The notes under the pieces were generated by a model that searched no databases, was not told the DNA's origin, and saw only the letters and a program-made list of their open reading frames with translations. A DNA stretch of 55,765 nucleotides from a virus (lineage: Duplodnaviria > Caudoviricetes). Below are positions 47,635 through 55,760 of the stretch, piece by piece. Position 1 is the first letter of the stretch. Every line of letters begins with the position of its first letter. Position numbers and translations under genes: made by a program. The stretch is from the IMG/VR virus record IMGVR_UViG_3300044236_001180, positions 1-55,765 of that record. The stretch is one strand, 5' to 3'.

Positions 47635-47787
47635 TCAACCCAATTTCACACCTTCGGATTCAAAAAATCTTTTCAGGATGAAGGTGACCTGCTTACTTAC
47701 GCTCCGATCATTTTGATCGGCGGTGTCTTTCAACAGTTTGTATAGCTCAACTGGAACAGCAACTGTTCTCCATCTACTTAAATCCAA
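47635..47787 (-). CDS. Ribbon-helix-helix (Arc/CopG-like) DNA-binding protein
   Basis: aaggag RBS + TTG; WRTVAVP.ELY..L...A....RSVSKQV..IL. Confidence 0.6.
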   Translation of the reverse strand: MDLSRWRTVAVPVELYKLLKDTADQNDRSVSKQVTFILKRFFESEGVKLG

Positions 47788-47837
47788 CTGTTTACTCCTT
47801 GGTGTGTATCTGCTAACGTGACTTAAAATAAATGATC

Positions 47838-47852
47838 TTGACGGGGAGTCAA
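47838..47852. promoter_or_regulatory. TTGAC-N5-GTCAA palindrome between divergent genes (operator or -35 elements)
   Basis: ttgacggggagtcaa in AT-rich divergent intergenic region. Confidence 0.4.
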
Positions 47853-47859
47853 CTAAAAT

Positions 47860-48312
47860 ATGCGACCACACAATAAAAATCGAGATGGTAAGCGATCCGA
47901 ACTGCTTGCAGCCGAGTGGCTGTTCTCTCAAGACTGTTATGTCTACGCTCCGTACCTCGAACAGGGGCCAATCGACCTGATTGCTGTGTCCCCGAACGGC
48001 AAGACCCACTACTTCGATGTGAAAACCCACAGCTTCCGGGCCAGTGGCACACCAATCTCTCGCAAGCTGACAGATAAACAGCGCAAGCTAGGCGTTCGGC
48101 TGCTGTATGTGGATCTCGAGACCGGACGAGTGGGCCTGTACCCGCATCAGTTGCAGAACAACGAAGAGTCTACACGCAACGCGATGAACCGGGCATTCAA
48201 GGGGGAGAAACCTCCAACCATTTCCGAGCTTCTTCACCCAAAGCCTGTGCCGACAGATCAATCTTGTCACGAAGAGCACGAACAATCCGCTGATCAATCG
48301 AACCCGGAGTGA
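47860..48312 (+). CDS. PD-(D/E)XK endonuclease
   Basis: G..SE..A..WL...P.DLI......DVKT. Confidence 0.7.
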   Translation: MRPHNKNRDGKRSELLAAEWLFSQDCYVYAPYLEQGPIDLIAVSPNGKTHYFDVKTHSFRASGTPISRKLTDKQRKLGVRLLYVDLETGRVGLYPHQLQNNEESTRNAMNRAFKGEKPPTISELLHPKPVPTDQSCHEEHEQSADQSNPE

Positions 48313-49648
48313 TCAGATCGACATAGGTGACTCGGTTGTTCTGCCCGATCCGGTGACACCGGTCCTCGGACTGCATCCGAGTCGCCAAGTCAAAATCGTT
48401 GGCGTAATAAATCACGTTTGTTGCAGCCGTCAGCGTCAGCCCAAAGCCTGCGGTCTGCGGGTTAGCCACGAAGAACCTGGCGTCACCGAACTGAAAGTCC
48501 TTGATCGCCTGCTGGCGTTGTTCATCGGTCGTGTCCCCGAAATATGTGACCACGGTCCCCGGCCCATGGATCCGTTGCAGTTCGCCTGCGATCTTCTTGA
48601 TGTCGTAGCGGAAGCGTGACCAGATGATGACCTTGCCGGTCATCTCCTCGATTGTTTCCTTCAGCGCATCGAGCCGCTTGGTCGGGAACTCGATCAGGTC
48701 ACCGTCGTCCGTTCTGATGTGGCCGCACAGCACCTGCTGCAAGCGCAGCAGTTGTGTAATGACCGCCGGCGCCGTCACCAAATCACCGTTGTCGAACATG
48801 GCAATGGCTTGCTTCTTCAAGGTCATGTAGTGCTGACGCTGCTCGTCGGTCACGCCCACCTCTCGGGTGGTGTACACCTTGTCAGGCAAGTCTAGTGCTT
48901 CGTCCTTGGTGACCCGGTAGGAAAACGTGTCAAGTTTCGTCGATAGTTCTTCAAGGTTCCGATAGCCCACGATTTGAAGGAAGCTATGCGACCCCATGCG
49001 TTGCGTTTTTGTGACGGCATATCGTCCCTGAAATGAATAGAACGAGTCGAATCCAAGAAGCTTCTTGTCCATGAATCCGCATTGCGCGTATAGGTCCAAT
49101 GGTGATTTGGTGACCGGAGAGCCGGTGAGGATTCTTTTATATGCAGCTTTTTTACCGAAGACGACCATCGTCTTAGTGCGCTTGGCTTTGGGATTCTTGA
49201 TTGTAGTGGACTCATCAACAGCAAGTAGGAAAGTGCTGCCCTGTGTGAACGCACCCACAAATGCGGGCAGCTTTTTAGACGCGAACCCTTCCACGTTTGC
49301 CAAAAGGATGCGGAGGATACCACGCTCTTGAACGCCAGACTTGAGACGTTCGGCCTGCGATTTGTTGGGACTCGGATTCCATACATAAATCTCGTGCGGA
49401 ATGGCTTCCGGGAAATGGGTGGGAATCTCCGACGTTTCCCAGTTGCGGTAAACACCTTTCGGCGCAACAATAACCGCTGTGTCAATGCGGCCCTGCTCGT
49501 AGAGCCAGACCACGTTGTCAATAAGTACCTTCGACTTGCCACATCCCATCTCCATAAAATATGCGTAGTTGTGCTTGTCGTACGAGCGTTCGAGAGCCAC
49601 GCGCTGGTGTGCGTAAGGCTCCGTACGGTAGTTAAACTTCACCATCAT
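48197..49648 (-). CDS. SNF2-family (SF2) helicase
   Basis: EMGCGKS, DEST, LTGSP, GFGLTL, QSEDRCHRIGQ. Confidence 0.92.
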   Translation of the reverse strand: MMVKFNYRTEPYAHQRVALERSYDKHNYAYFMEMGCGKSKVLIDNVVWLYEQGRIDTAVIVAPKGVYRNWETSEIPTHFPEAIPHEIYVWNPSPNKSQAERLKSGVQERGILRILLANVEGFASKKLPAFVGAFTQGSTFLLAVDESTTIKNPKAKRTKTMVVFGKKAAYKRILTGSPVTKSPLDLYAQCGFMDKKLLGFDSFYSFQGRYAVTKTQRMGSHSFLQIVGYRNLEELSTKLDTFSYRVTKDEALDLPDKVYTTREVGVTDEQRQHYMTLKKQAIAMFDNGDLVTAPAVITQLLRLQQVLCGHIRTDDGDLIEFPTKRLDALKETIEEMTGKVIIWSRFRYDIKKIAGELQRIHGPGTVVTYFGDTTDEQRQQAIKDFQFGDARFFVANPQTAGFGLTLTAATNVIYYANDFDLATRMQSEDRCHRIGQNNRVTYVDLITPGSIDQRIVRALRDKIDLSAQALGEEARKWLEVSPP

Positions 49649-49910
49649 GGACGCCCTGATCCAGGATCGCCTTCTTGGCAACCTCCAAATAGAAAAGGAT
49701 GTCAGCGACATCCTCCTGTGTCGTCATCATCTTGATGGCACCAGTGTCCTTGTCGGAACCGAGGATGACAATGTCATCCAAATGCCGGCCTGCAAGGTCA
49801 CACAAGACTTGAACCGCAGAAGCGTCAATCTTTTCGATGTTGGGTTGATCTTTCGAGAAATAGATAATGTTGTCGTCAGTCACTGGCACACTCTCCTTGG
49901 CAACAGTCAT
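49632..49910 (-). CDS. Hypothetical protein
   Basis: Co-oriented overlapping ORF. Confidence 0.6.
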   Translation of the reverse strand: MTVAKESVPVTDDNIIYFSKDQPNIEKIDASAVQVLCDLAGRHLDDIVILGSDKDTGAIKMMTTQEDVADILFYLEVAKKAILDQGVHDGEV

Positions 49911-50109
49911 CGATCACGCTACCACAGACGGAACATTGACTGTGGCCGTGAACTTCTACAACAGAAGCAAGAGGTGTGCCACACCGAACGCAGCGGTTGG
50001 TCATGTTATTGACCATTGCAGTATGAATATCTTCTATCAATTTATCGCGCTTGTCCGGCACCACATTGTGGCGCCGGATAGCTTTCCAGTTTGGATCTCG
50101 CTGTTTCAA
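49876..50109 (-). CDS. Zn-finger hypothetical protein
   Basis: CVRC...VHGHSQCSVC...CCQG; probable TTG start. Confidence 0.6.
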   Translation of the reverse strand: MKQRDPNWKAIRRHNVVPDKRDKLIEDIHTAMVNNMTNRCVRCGTPLASVVEVHGHSQCSVCGSVIDDCCQGECASD

Positions 50110-50321
50110 AGTTTCTTCCCCTCGATCCGGACACATGACCCTTGTGCTACAAACGAGCCGGGGGGCATGTTTTCCTTCATGTAGTCCATAATTTCGTGGA
50201 CTCGCTCCTTGCATCTTTCTTCTGTAGCGTACGGCCCCCACTCATCCTCGACGTATCCACATCGAGGTGGACCAGCAACCTGTACGCAAAACTGAAAGAC
50301 AATCAAAAACGCGACTTCCAT
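50106..50321 (-). CDS. Small hypothetical protein with hydrophobic N-terminus
   Basis: GPY.TEE.C..R motif. Confidence 0.6.
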   Translation of the reverse strand: MEVAFLIVFQFCVQVAGPPRCGYVEDEWGPYATEERCKERVHEIMDYMKENMPPGSFVAQGSCVRIEGKKL

Positions 50322-50325
50322 GACA

Positions 50326-50511
50326 CTACCCCCTCAGAATCCTCTGCCATGCTTCCATGACTTCTTCGGACCGGCCCGGACCATAGTCGTCGGGCCACTC
50401 GTGAATTTTGTCGAGCATCTCGCTAACACACCAGTCGATAACTTGCACGGCGGTGCTCCACTCCATGCTTTGCTCGGTTTTTGCCTCTGGCATTAACTCT
50501 GTTTGGTTCAT
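50326..50511 (-). CDS. Small hypothetical protein
   Basis: aaggagg RBS. Confidence 0.55.
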   Translation of the reverse strand: MNQTELMPEAKTEQSMEWSTAVQVIDWCVSEMLDKIHEWPDDYGPGRSEEVMEAWQRILRG

Positions 50512-50641
50512 GACCAACCTCCTTGAAATAACATGGCGCACACAAGTGCCCATCTCTCCAGATTACGTCTCCTCGGTCACCACATTTATCACAAGTTTCC
50601 TGATGGTAACTGATGACACCTGAAACTACAAGCTGCCTCAT
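50423..50641 (-). CDS. Small Cys-pair protein
   Basis: CDKC...CAPC. Confidence 0.4.
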   Translation of the reverse strand: MRQLVVSGVISYHQETCDKCGDRGDVIWRDGHLCAPCYFKEVGHEPNRVNARGKNRAKHGVEHRRASYRLVC

Positions 50642-50844
50642 TGTAATGACCCAGAATTGCTGATGACATCGTTGATATCCACCAACGGTGTACTACTGGT
50701 GGGTTTAAGTACACCGCCAATCTGTAACCCACAACATCGGCACACGGTCGCCGGTCCAGGGTCCAAGGCTGTCTCACACTTCGGGCACAGGCCAAGCGCA
50801 ATACGCTTGGCCATCGTGCCATCTCCCTGTTCAACTGTCATCAT
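50638..50844 (-). CDS. Small Zn-ribbon protein
   Basis: CPKC...CRCC. Confidence 0.55.
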   Translation of the reverse strand: MMTVEQGDGTMAKRIALGLCPKCETALDPGPATVCRCCGLQIGGVLKPTSSTPLVDINDVISNSGSLQ

Positions 50845-51085
50845 CGTCGTCTTCTGGAACTTCCTCGGCAAACATCCAGTCCGACCAGTACGCACCATGC
50901 TTTGCTGGCGGCTTGAACTCGAACTCCTTGTGTAGCTCGTGGACGATCTCATCGATCCTCCGTAGGTCCGAAATCCACATGTCATTGCACTCTTCGACCG
51001 TGTTCTTGATCCGCTTCAGATCGTTGTGAATCTTCAGCATGGTCTGACGCATGTCGCGCGTCACTCGCTTATCGTATACGCTCAT
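50831..51085 (-). CDS. Hypothetical protein
   Basis: ggaagg RBS; helical. Confidence 0.65.
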   Translation of the reverse strand: MSVYDKRVTRDMRQTMLKIHNDLKRIKNTVEECNDMWISDLRRIDEIVHELHKEFEFKPPAKHGAYWSDWMFAEEVPEDDDDDS

Positions 51086-51259
51086 GTTTCTTTACCTTCC
51101 TTTTTTTCAGCTTCCTGTCTAGACGGCGTAATGTTCTCGCCGATAGGTTGGACCTCATGTTGGGGTCAAATGCATCAACCCTACTGTTATGCACCTCACG
51201 CCGGAGAGGACCTGTTGCTCGTATCTTCACCTAAAACCTCCCTTCTGTAGGTTTCGTCT

Positions 51260-51658
51260 TCAGTTGCGATCCGGATCGTTGCGCCTGTTCGGACGATATT
51301 TCATCTCACGCTCCAGAACCATTGTGAGAAGTCCCATGCCAATGTGCCGAATCTTCCCTGTTTGCCTGTTCTTAATCCGGAAAAACGGTGTGAAGTGCCC
51401 CATGCGCTTGCCGCTGTTGCTCTTGTATGTGCCGTTGTGAATCTTCTTCCGGATCACCCAGTGACGCACGAATAATTCGTGCCGACCTTTGCCAAACTTT
51501 TCCCAAAACACTTTGTTTAGAAAATACGACGACAACATCTCTTGCGGTGTCATATCGTTTGGGTTCTGGGCCACATGCGCTATCCTTTCATGAAACGCAT
51601 CCCAGTCTTTGAACTTCAGCTTTTTGCTGCAAACCACAGACCTAGAATCTTGGGACAT
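51260..51658 (-). CDS. Hypothetical protein
   Basis: Co-oriented ORF. Confidence 0.6.
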   Translation of the reverse strand: MSQDSRSVVCSKKLKFKDWDAFHERIAHVAQNPNDMTPQEMLSSYFLNKVFWEKFGKGRHELFVRHWVIRKKIHNGTYKSNSGKRMGHFTPFFRIKNRQTGKIRHIGMGLLTMVLEREMKYRPNRRNDPDRN

Positions 51659-51661
51659 ACT

Positions 51662-51934
51662 CTAATCCATCCTCTCGCCATCAATGTACTCGGCGTCAGG
51701 CCACTTGTAGTCCATGCCGTCACCACTCTCCTCGGCAGTCGGCTCGTACTCGACATGTGGCTCGTCCTTGTCCCACTGCACATGCAGCAGTCCCCACTTG
51801 ATGTAGAAGTCATGAGCGTGTGCAAGATCACGCGGCTCACCCTCCTCGTCGGCAGGCCAGTCCTCGATCTCCTTGATCTCCCAGAAATGTGTGGCGAACA
51901 CGTTGTACTCGGCCTCAATGATTCTCGCTGCCAT
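51662..51934 (-). CDS. Acidic hypothetical protein
   Basis: ggagg RBS; FYIKWG.L. Confidence 0.65.
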   Translation of the reverse strand: MAARIIEAEYNVFATHFWEIKEIEDWPADEEGEPRDLAHAHDFYIKWGLLHVQWDKDEPHVEYEPTAEESGDGMDYKWPDAEYIDGERMD

Positions 51935-51935
51935 A

Positions 51936-52196
51936 TCAATAGTCCTCCATCTGTGGCTCCGGCTCGAACCAGACCTTCTCGCCTGTCTCACCGTCGTAGC
52001 CCTTGTTGTATTCAGCAATTTCCTCGACAGTCATGTGCTCAGACTCCACAACCTGACAGCCATGATCGCTGTACCAGTGCCAGTGCGGGTTGTACCGCCG
52101 ACCATAATACCTGTCCGCCGATCCACGGTCCTCGGGACTTCCGTGCTTCTTATCACCACGCACCCACGGCGGAGCCACCCTTACTCGTTCAGTCAT
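51936..52196 (-). CDS. Hypothetical protein (HGSP.DRGSAD.YY.R)
   Basis: Coupled ORF; motif-like content. Confidence 0.7.
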   Translation of the reverse strand: MTERVRVAPPWVRGDKKHGSPEDRGSADRYYGRRYNPHWHWYSDHGCQVVESEHMTVEEIAEYNKGYDGETGEKVWFEPEPQMEDY

Positions 52197-52371
52197 CTTC
52201 CATCACCTCGTAGGTCGTAAATTCTGCCAAACCTTCACGCCAATCAGTCTCGTCGTAGTTTGTCCACTCGGGTGATCTATCCCGATTTATCTCTTCCAGT
52301 ATCATCGGCAATGTCATCGGATAGACAGACCCATCTTCGACATCGCGAATCTTGTACGTCTTGATCATCAT
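52189..52371 (-). CDS. Small hypothetical protein (EINRDRS..W..Y...DW.EG)
   Basis: ggag RBS; coupled. Confidence 0.65.
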   Translation of the reverse strand: MMIKTYKIRDVEDGSVYPMTLPMILEEINRDRSPEWTNYDETDWREGLAEFTTYEVMEDD

Positions 52372-52577
52372 ACGACTCCATTTAGCCTGTCGATGTAGGC
52401 ATCAACTTCTGCCTCTGCCGCCTCAATCCGACTCTGATCACGACTGTGAGACATCCGACCCTGAACATCATCGTAAACTTGCAGATGCATCGCGCCATGT
52501 TCAGCGGCCCACGAATCACGGCTCATCCACAGGGCATCCTCTTCCATGCCCATCAGCCAACTCTTCACCCTACCCAT
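52368..52577 (-). CDS. Small hypothetical protein
   Basis: ggagg RBS; MGRVKSWLM. Confidence 0.65.
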   Translation of the reverse strand: MGRVKSWLMGMEEDALWMSRDSWAAEHGAMHLQVYDDVQGRMSHSRDQSRIEAAEAEVDAYIDRLNGVV

Positions 52578-52872
52578 CGTAACGATCCTCCGCTTCGATG
52601 CTGAACTCGACAAACGTCATGCGCTTCATCTTCTTCAGCTTGTTATTGTCAACAACATAAATGCCATGCGGCACCGTCCTGTGATTGCGAACCACACGGT
52701 AGACATAAATCCGACCGGCGTACCTCTGACCTTCCTTCAGTGGGAAGACTTCACGATCCCGCAGCAGCTTCCGCTCCAAGACACGAATCGAATCACATAC
52801 AGGCAACAAACGGTCAGCGACGTATCCGCCAGCGTCATCAAGCACTTCTTGCTTTGCGTAATATCTCGGCAT
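52570..52872 (-). CDS. Hypothetical protein (first gene of leftward early operon)
   Basis: aggag RBS; MPRYYAK. Confidence 0.65.
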   Translation of the reverse strand: MPRYYAKQEVLDDAGGYVADRLLPVCDSIRVLERKLLRDREVFPLKEGQRYAGRIYVYRVVRNHRTVPHGIYVVDNNKLKKMKRMTFVEFSIEAEDRYDG

Positions 52873-52936
52873 ATCTTTTCTCCTGTGTAGTTGGTCCACG
52901 GTCCACGGACCAAGGATCATCAAGGGTTGATAAGTT

Positions 52937-52964
52937 ACAGTAACAAATGGTTGGTGATAGTCAA
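52937..52964 (-). promoter_or_regulatory. Candidate sigma70-type early promoter
   Basis: TTGACT-16 nt-TACTGT on minus strand with AT-rich upstream region. Confidence 0.4.
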
Positions 52965-53031
52965 CAATAAAAACACAGCATAAAACGATTTTATCCGGGT
53001 TGTTGATTTCAATAAAAAATTTTTGAAAATG

Positions 53032-53109
53032 GTGATACAAACGGTACAAACGATACAACCCTTGGTGAGCAACGGTTCTAGCTGTATCACTTCTGTACCG
53101 TTGTAACAC
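53032..53109. repeat. Iteron-like direct and inverted repeats (candidate ori/pac)
   Basis: gatacaaac/ggtacaaac/gatacaacc, then inverted tgtatcac, tgtaccgt, ttgtaac; next to AT-rich tract. Confidence 0.6.
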
Positions 53110-53172
53110 TTATGAGTCGGGGTGGGCGTTGGTTTTTGGTTTTTCAAACTGCAAAGGGCAAAAAATATCGCT

Positions 53173-53718
53173 ATGGGCAAGGTAGGTAGACCAGCCGGGC
53201 TGACGAACCGGCAACGAGAATTTGCCAAGTATTATGTCGAGGGCATATACAGCAACACCGAGTGCGCGAGGAAAGCTGGCTATGCCGAGGGCAGTGCCAA
53301 CACGCAGGCGGCGAAACTTCTCGACGGCAAGACATTCCCAGAGGTGCCGAAGCTGATCAAAGAATTGCGGCAAGCGCGGGAACGTAGATACGGTGTCACG
53401 CTGCTGAATCAGTTGAAGCGGTTTGAAGACCTGTCCCTCGCTGCCGAAGAGGCGGGACAGTTTTCTGCTGCTATCAATGCCGAGAAGATTAGGTCCGCAC
53501 TTGGTGGCCTGACCATCGACCGGCGGGAATCGACTCACGTTCACCAACTTGACCAGCTTTCGCGTGAAGACATTGTTGCCCGACTCGCCGCCATCCGTGA
53601 AGAATATCCCCATGCCTTCGACAACATGAAAAGAGTGGAAGATGCCAAAGACGGAGCGCAGCCTGTGGAACTCATTGAAGCAGAATTTACCGAAGAAGAC
53701 CCACTTCCAGCGGATTGA
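53173..53718 (+). CDS. terS: Terminase small subunit
   Basis: LT.RQ.EF...Y......T..ARKAGY....A...A.KLL HTH signature. Confidence 0.85.
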   Translation: MGKVGRPAGLTNRQREFAKYYVEGIYSNTECARKAGYAEGSANTQAAKLLDGKTFPEVPKLIKELRQARERRYGVTLLNQLKRFEDLSLAAEEAGQFSAAINAEKIRSALGGLTIDRRESTHVHQLDQLSREDIVARLAAIREEYPHAFDNMKRVEDAKDGAQPVELIEAEFTEEDPLPAD

Positions 53719-54070
53719 AAACCGCGCCGGACAGGGAATGCCGGACGTATATTTGTGCATGAATGGTGTGCCGGTTTGGTGCGAGTTAAAGATAATTAAA
53801 AACGGTCGCATAACCTTATCAACATCGCAAATTGCTTGGCATTTGGCACATACGCGCTGTGGCGGCGCAAGTTTTTTCTTGGTCCATGATCCCTCGACCG
53901 GTGATGTATTTTTATTTGAGGGTGGAAAAGCGGCGGTGATCCACGAAACACGGACCATCAAGCTGTGCGCCTGCGATCCTGCGCCTGCGTATGTATGGAA
54001 AGGCCCGCTGCGGGCTGCGGGCGAGGCGCTGCGGGCCTGCGCTGTCGAAGCCTGGGCGCTGCGGGAATAA
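53642..54070 (+). CDS. Holliday-junction resolvase/VRR-NUC-like nuclease
   Basis: RIEN...G.PD......W.ELK...Q.AW. Confidence 0.7.
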   Translation: MPKTERSLWNSLKQNLPKKTHFQRIENRAGQGMPDVYLCMNGVPVWCELKIIKNGRITLSTSQIAWHLAHTRCGGASFFLVHDPSTGDVFLFEGGKAAVIHETRTIKLCACDPAPAYVWKGPLRAAGEALRACAVEAWALRE

Positions 54071-54104
54071 AAAAACACGGCCCGCCAATGGCGGGCCGTG
54101 TTTC
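54068..54104. terminator. Bidirectional terminator between convergent genes
   Basis: A-tract, aaacacggcccgcc / ggcgggccgtgttt stem. Confidence 0.85.
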
Positions 54105-54112
54105 TCGGAGGA

Positions 54113-54757
54113 TCAGTGTATATGATAAGAGACATTGACAATGTCTGTTGACCAGCAGGCGCGGCATTCGCTGCACTTGCCACCTTGCTGCGGCGCCGGG
54201 CAGATCTGCCCGCGCGGTATATTGTAAAGGGACCGCGTCCCGCTGTGCACTGTGCTAGTGTGGATGAATCCTAGAGACCGTGGTCCATCCACCATGAGCG
54301 CGGACATCCGCAAAACTGCATTTTCGGGCAGTTTGTCGATCTGTAGGGCGCGCGTCCAAACCTTGAACTCGCGGGATGGTATCCAATGGCGCTTGTTTGG
54401 TGTTTGCCTGCACACTTCAATAATGTTCAGCGCCATGCCGACGCTGCCAACGTCGCCCGAATCAAACCATCGGAACCATTCGCTGCGGACGATGTTCAGC
54501 ACGTTAACCATTCGCGGCACAAAATCGGGCGCATTGAAGAACGCTTCGCGTTCGACCATCTTCCTGCGGACGTTTGGCATCCGATACATGCCTTTACGCG
54601 CGTAGCAATTCGCGCATGTGCTGCCCTCGATCTTGGCAAGCCTGCTGCCGACGTTGCACAGCCATGCGTCGCGGCTAATGCTATAGCCCGGCATCTTCGA
54701 CACATTGGACAAAAGTTTTTTGTCCTGTCTCGCTTGTTTCAATTCTTCGGCATTCAT
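54113..54757 (-). CDS. Gp88-like Cys-rich (putative Fe-S) protein
   Basis: SKMPG, C..GS.L......C..CYA.KG, FRWFDSGD, CPAP.Q.GKC..CRACW. Confidence 0.7.
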   Translation of the reverse strand: MNAEELKQARQDKKLLSNVSKMPGYSISRDAWLCNVGSRLAKIEGSTCANCYARKGMYRMPNVRRKMVEREAFFNAPDFVPRMVNVLNIVRSEWFRWFDSGDVGSVGMALNIIEVCRQTPNKRHWIPSREFKVWTRALQIDKLPENAVLRMSALMVDGPRSLGFIHTSTVHSGTRSLYNIPRGQICPAPQQGGKCSECRACWSTDIVNVSYHIH

Positions 54758-54895
54758 CGTTAATCCTCCAACGGTAATGATAGTTAACAATCACACAATA
54801 TCACCAAGAAATCAAGGGAAAAGTTGCGGGCTGCGGCTGCGGCCCGCTGTTGTCAGAGCCTGCGGGCAGATCGAGCGGCTGCGCTTGCGTCCGAT

Positions 54896-54921
54896 AAAAA
54901 ACCTGCGTACGCAGGTTTTTT
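54896..54921. repeat. Perfect 26-bp palindrome
   Basis: aaaaaacctgcgt|acgcaggtttttt. Confidence 0.9.
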
Positions 54922-54940
54922 TGCGCGGGCAGCAGGCAAC

Positions 54941-54972
54941 AAAAAAGGCGGGCCGACGAAAGTCGGCCCGCC
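54941..54972 (-). terminator. Rho-independent terminator (minus strand)
   Basis: ggcgggccgac-gaaa-gtcggcccgcc stem with A6 on + strand (U-tract on -). Confidence 0.8.
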
Positions 54973-54985
54973 CAGGTTGTTGTAC

Positions 54986-55168
54986 TTAAATCCCTTCACC
55001 GTAACATGTCTCGCAAAGCTCTTCGCTCTCTTCGAGAAAGCCGCCGCTTATGGGATCGGCGATTGACCGAGTAACGAGGGTCATGCCGGTTCCACCGCAA
55101 TCTTCGCACAACTTTTCGTCTGGGATTACCGCTTGCAGGGCTTCGAGGGTCTGTTTCAAGATGTCCAT
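54986..55168 (-). CDS. Small DnaJ-type zinc-finger protein
   Basis: CEDCGGTG...CETCYGEG. Confidence 0.7.
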   Translation of the reverse strand: MDILKQTLEALQAVIPDEKLCEDCGGTGMTLVTRSIADPISGGFLEESEELCETCYGEGI

Positions 55169-55540
55169 TCACGATGCCTCCTTTGCCAGACGGTAGCCGC
55201 CGCCGAGTTTCGGGTGGGACTCGATGGCGTCCGAGCCGAGCAGCTTCCGCAGCACATGAATGTGCTGGTGAACCGCGTCCACCGAAACCGAGCGACCCAT
55301 GATCTTCTTCAAGTGCTTCTGGATGGCGGGGATCTTCACCCAGTGGTTTCCCCCCTGCTCGATACGCTCGAGGACAGCGGCGGGATACGGTGTCAGCTTC
55401 CGTGCCGCTGCCGGCGCGACGGTCTGCACCGTCGGCGGCTGCTGCTGCTTCACTTCGTCCACAGCCTTGAAGATGTCCGCCCACTCGGCGGCTGCTGGAA
55501 GGTCCAGCGTGATGGTTGCAGGAATGGTAATCTTTGGCAT
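55169..55540 (-). CDS. Putative winged-helix DNA-binding protein
   Basis: AVHQHIHVLRKLLG..AIES....GGGYRL resembles OmpR-type wHTH. Confidence 0.65.
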   Translation of the reverse strand: MPKITIPATITLDLPAAAEWADIFKAVDEVKQQQPPTVQTVAPAAARKLTPYPAAVLERIEQGGNHWVKIPAIQKHLKKIMGRSVSVDAVHQHIHVLRKLLGSDAIESHPKLGGGYRLAKEAS

Positions 55541-55634
55541 GTCTAAATCTCCCTATGGCTAGACATATATCAGGGCGTCATTGCCCATAAACAACGGTAG
55601 ATGCTTATTAGTGATGATACAATAACTATTTGGA

Positions 55635-55760
55635 GAAAAGACTTTTCTCCAAGCAGCAACAATCGGGGTTACTGTGGCACATTGGCCACAAGCAGTTGCA
55701 AAATTGCAACCCCTGCCCCCCTTGCGCGCGAAGCATACATATGCGTAGCATATGTATGCT
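55635..55760. repeat. Terminal direct repeat / circular overlap, right copy
   Basis: Identical to 1-126; final 5 nt (ctttc) do not match 127-131. Confidence 0.95.

Noticed and set aside
53110-54183. 357-aa minus-strand ORF
   Set aside because: Antisense to clear terS and nuclease genes and crosses a terminator
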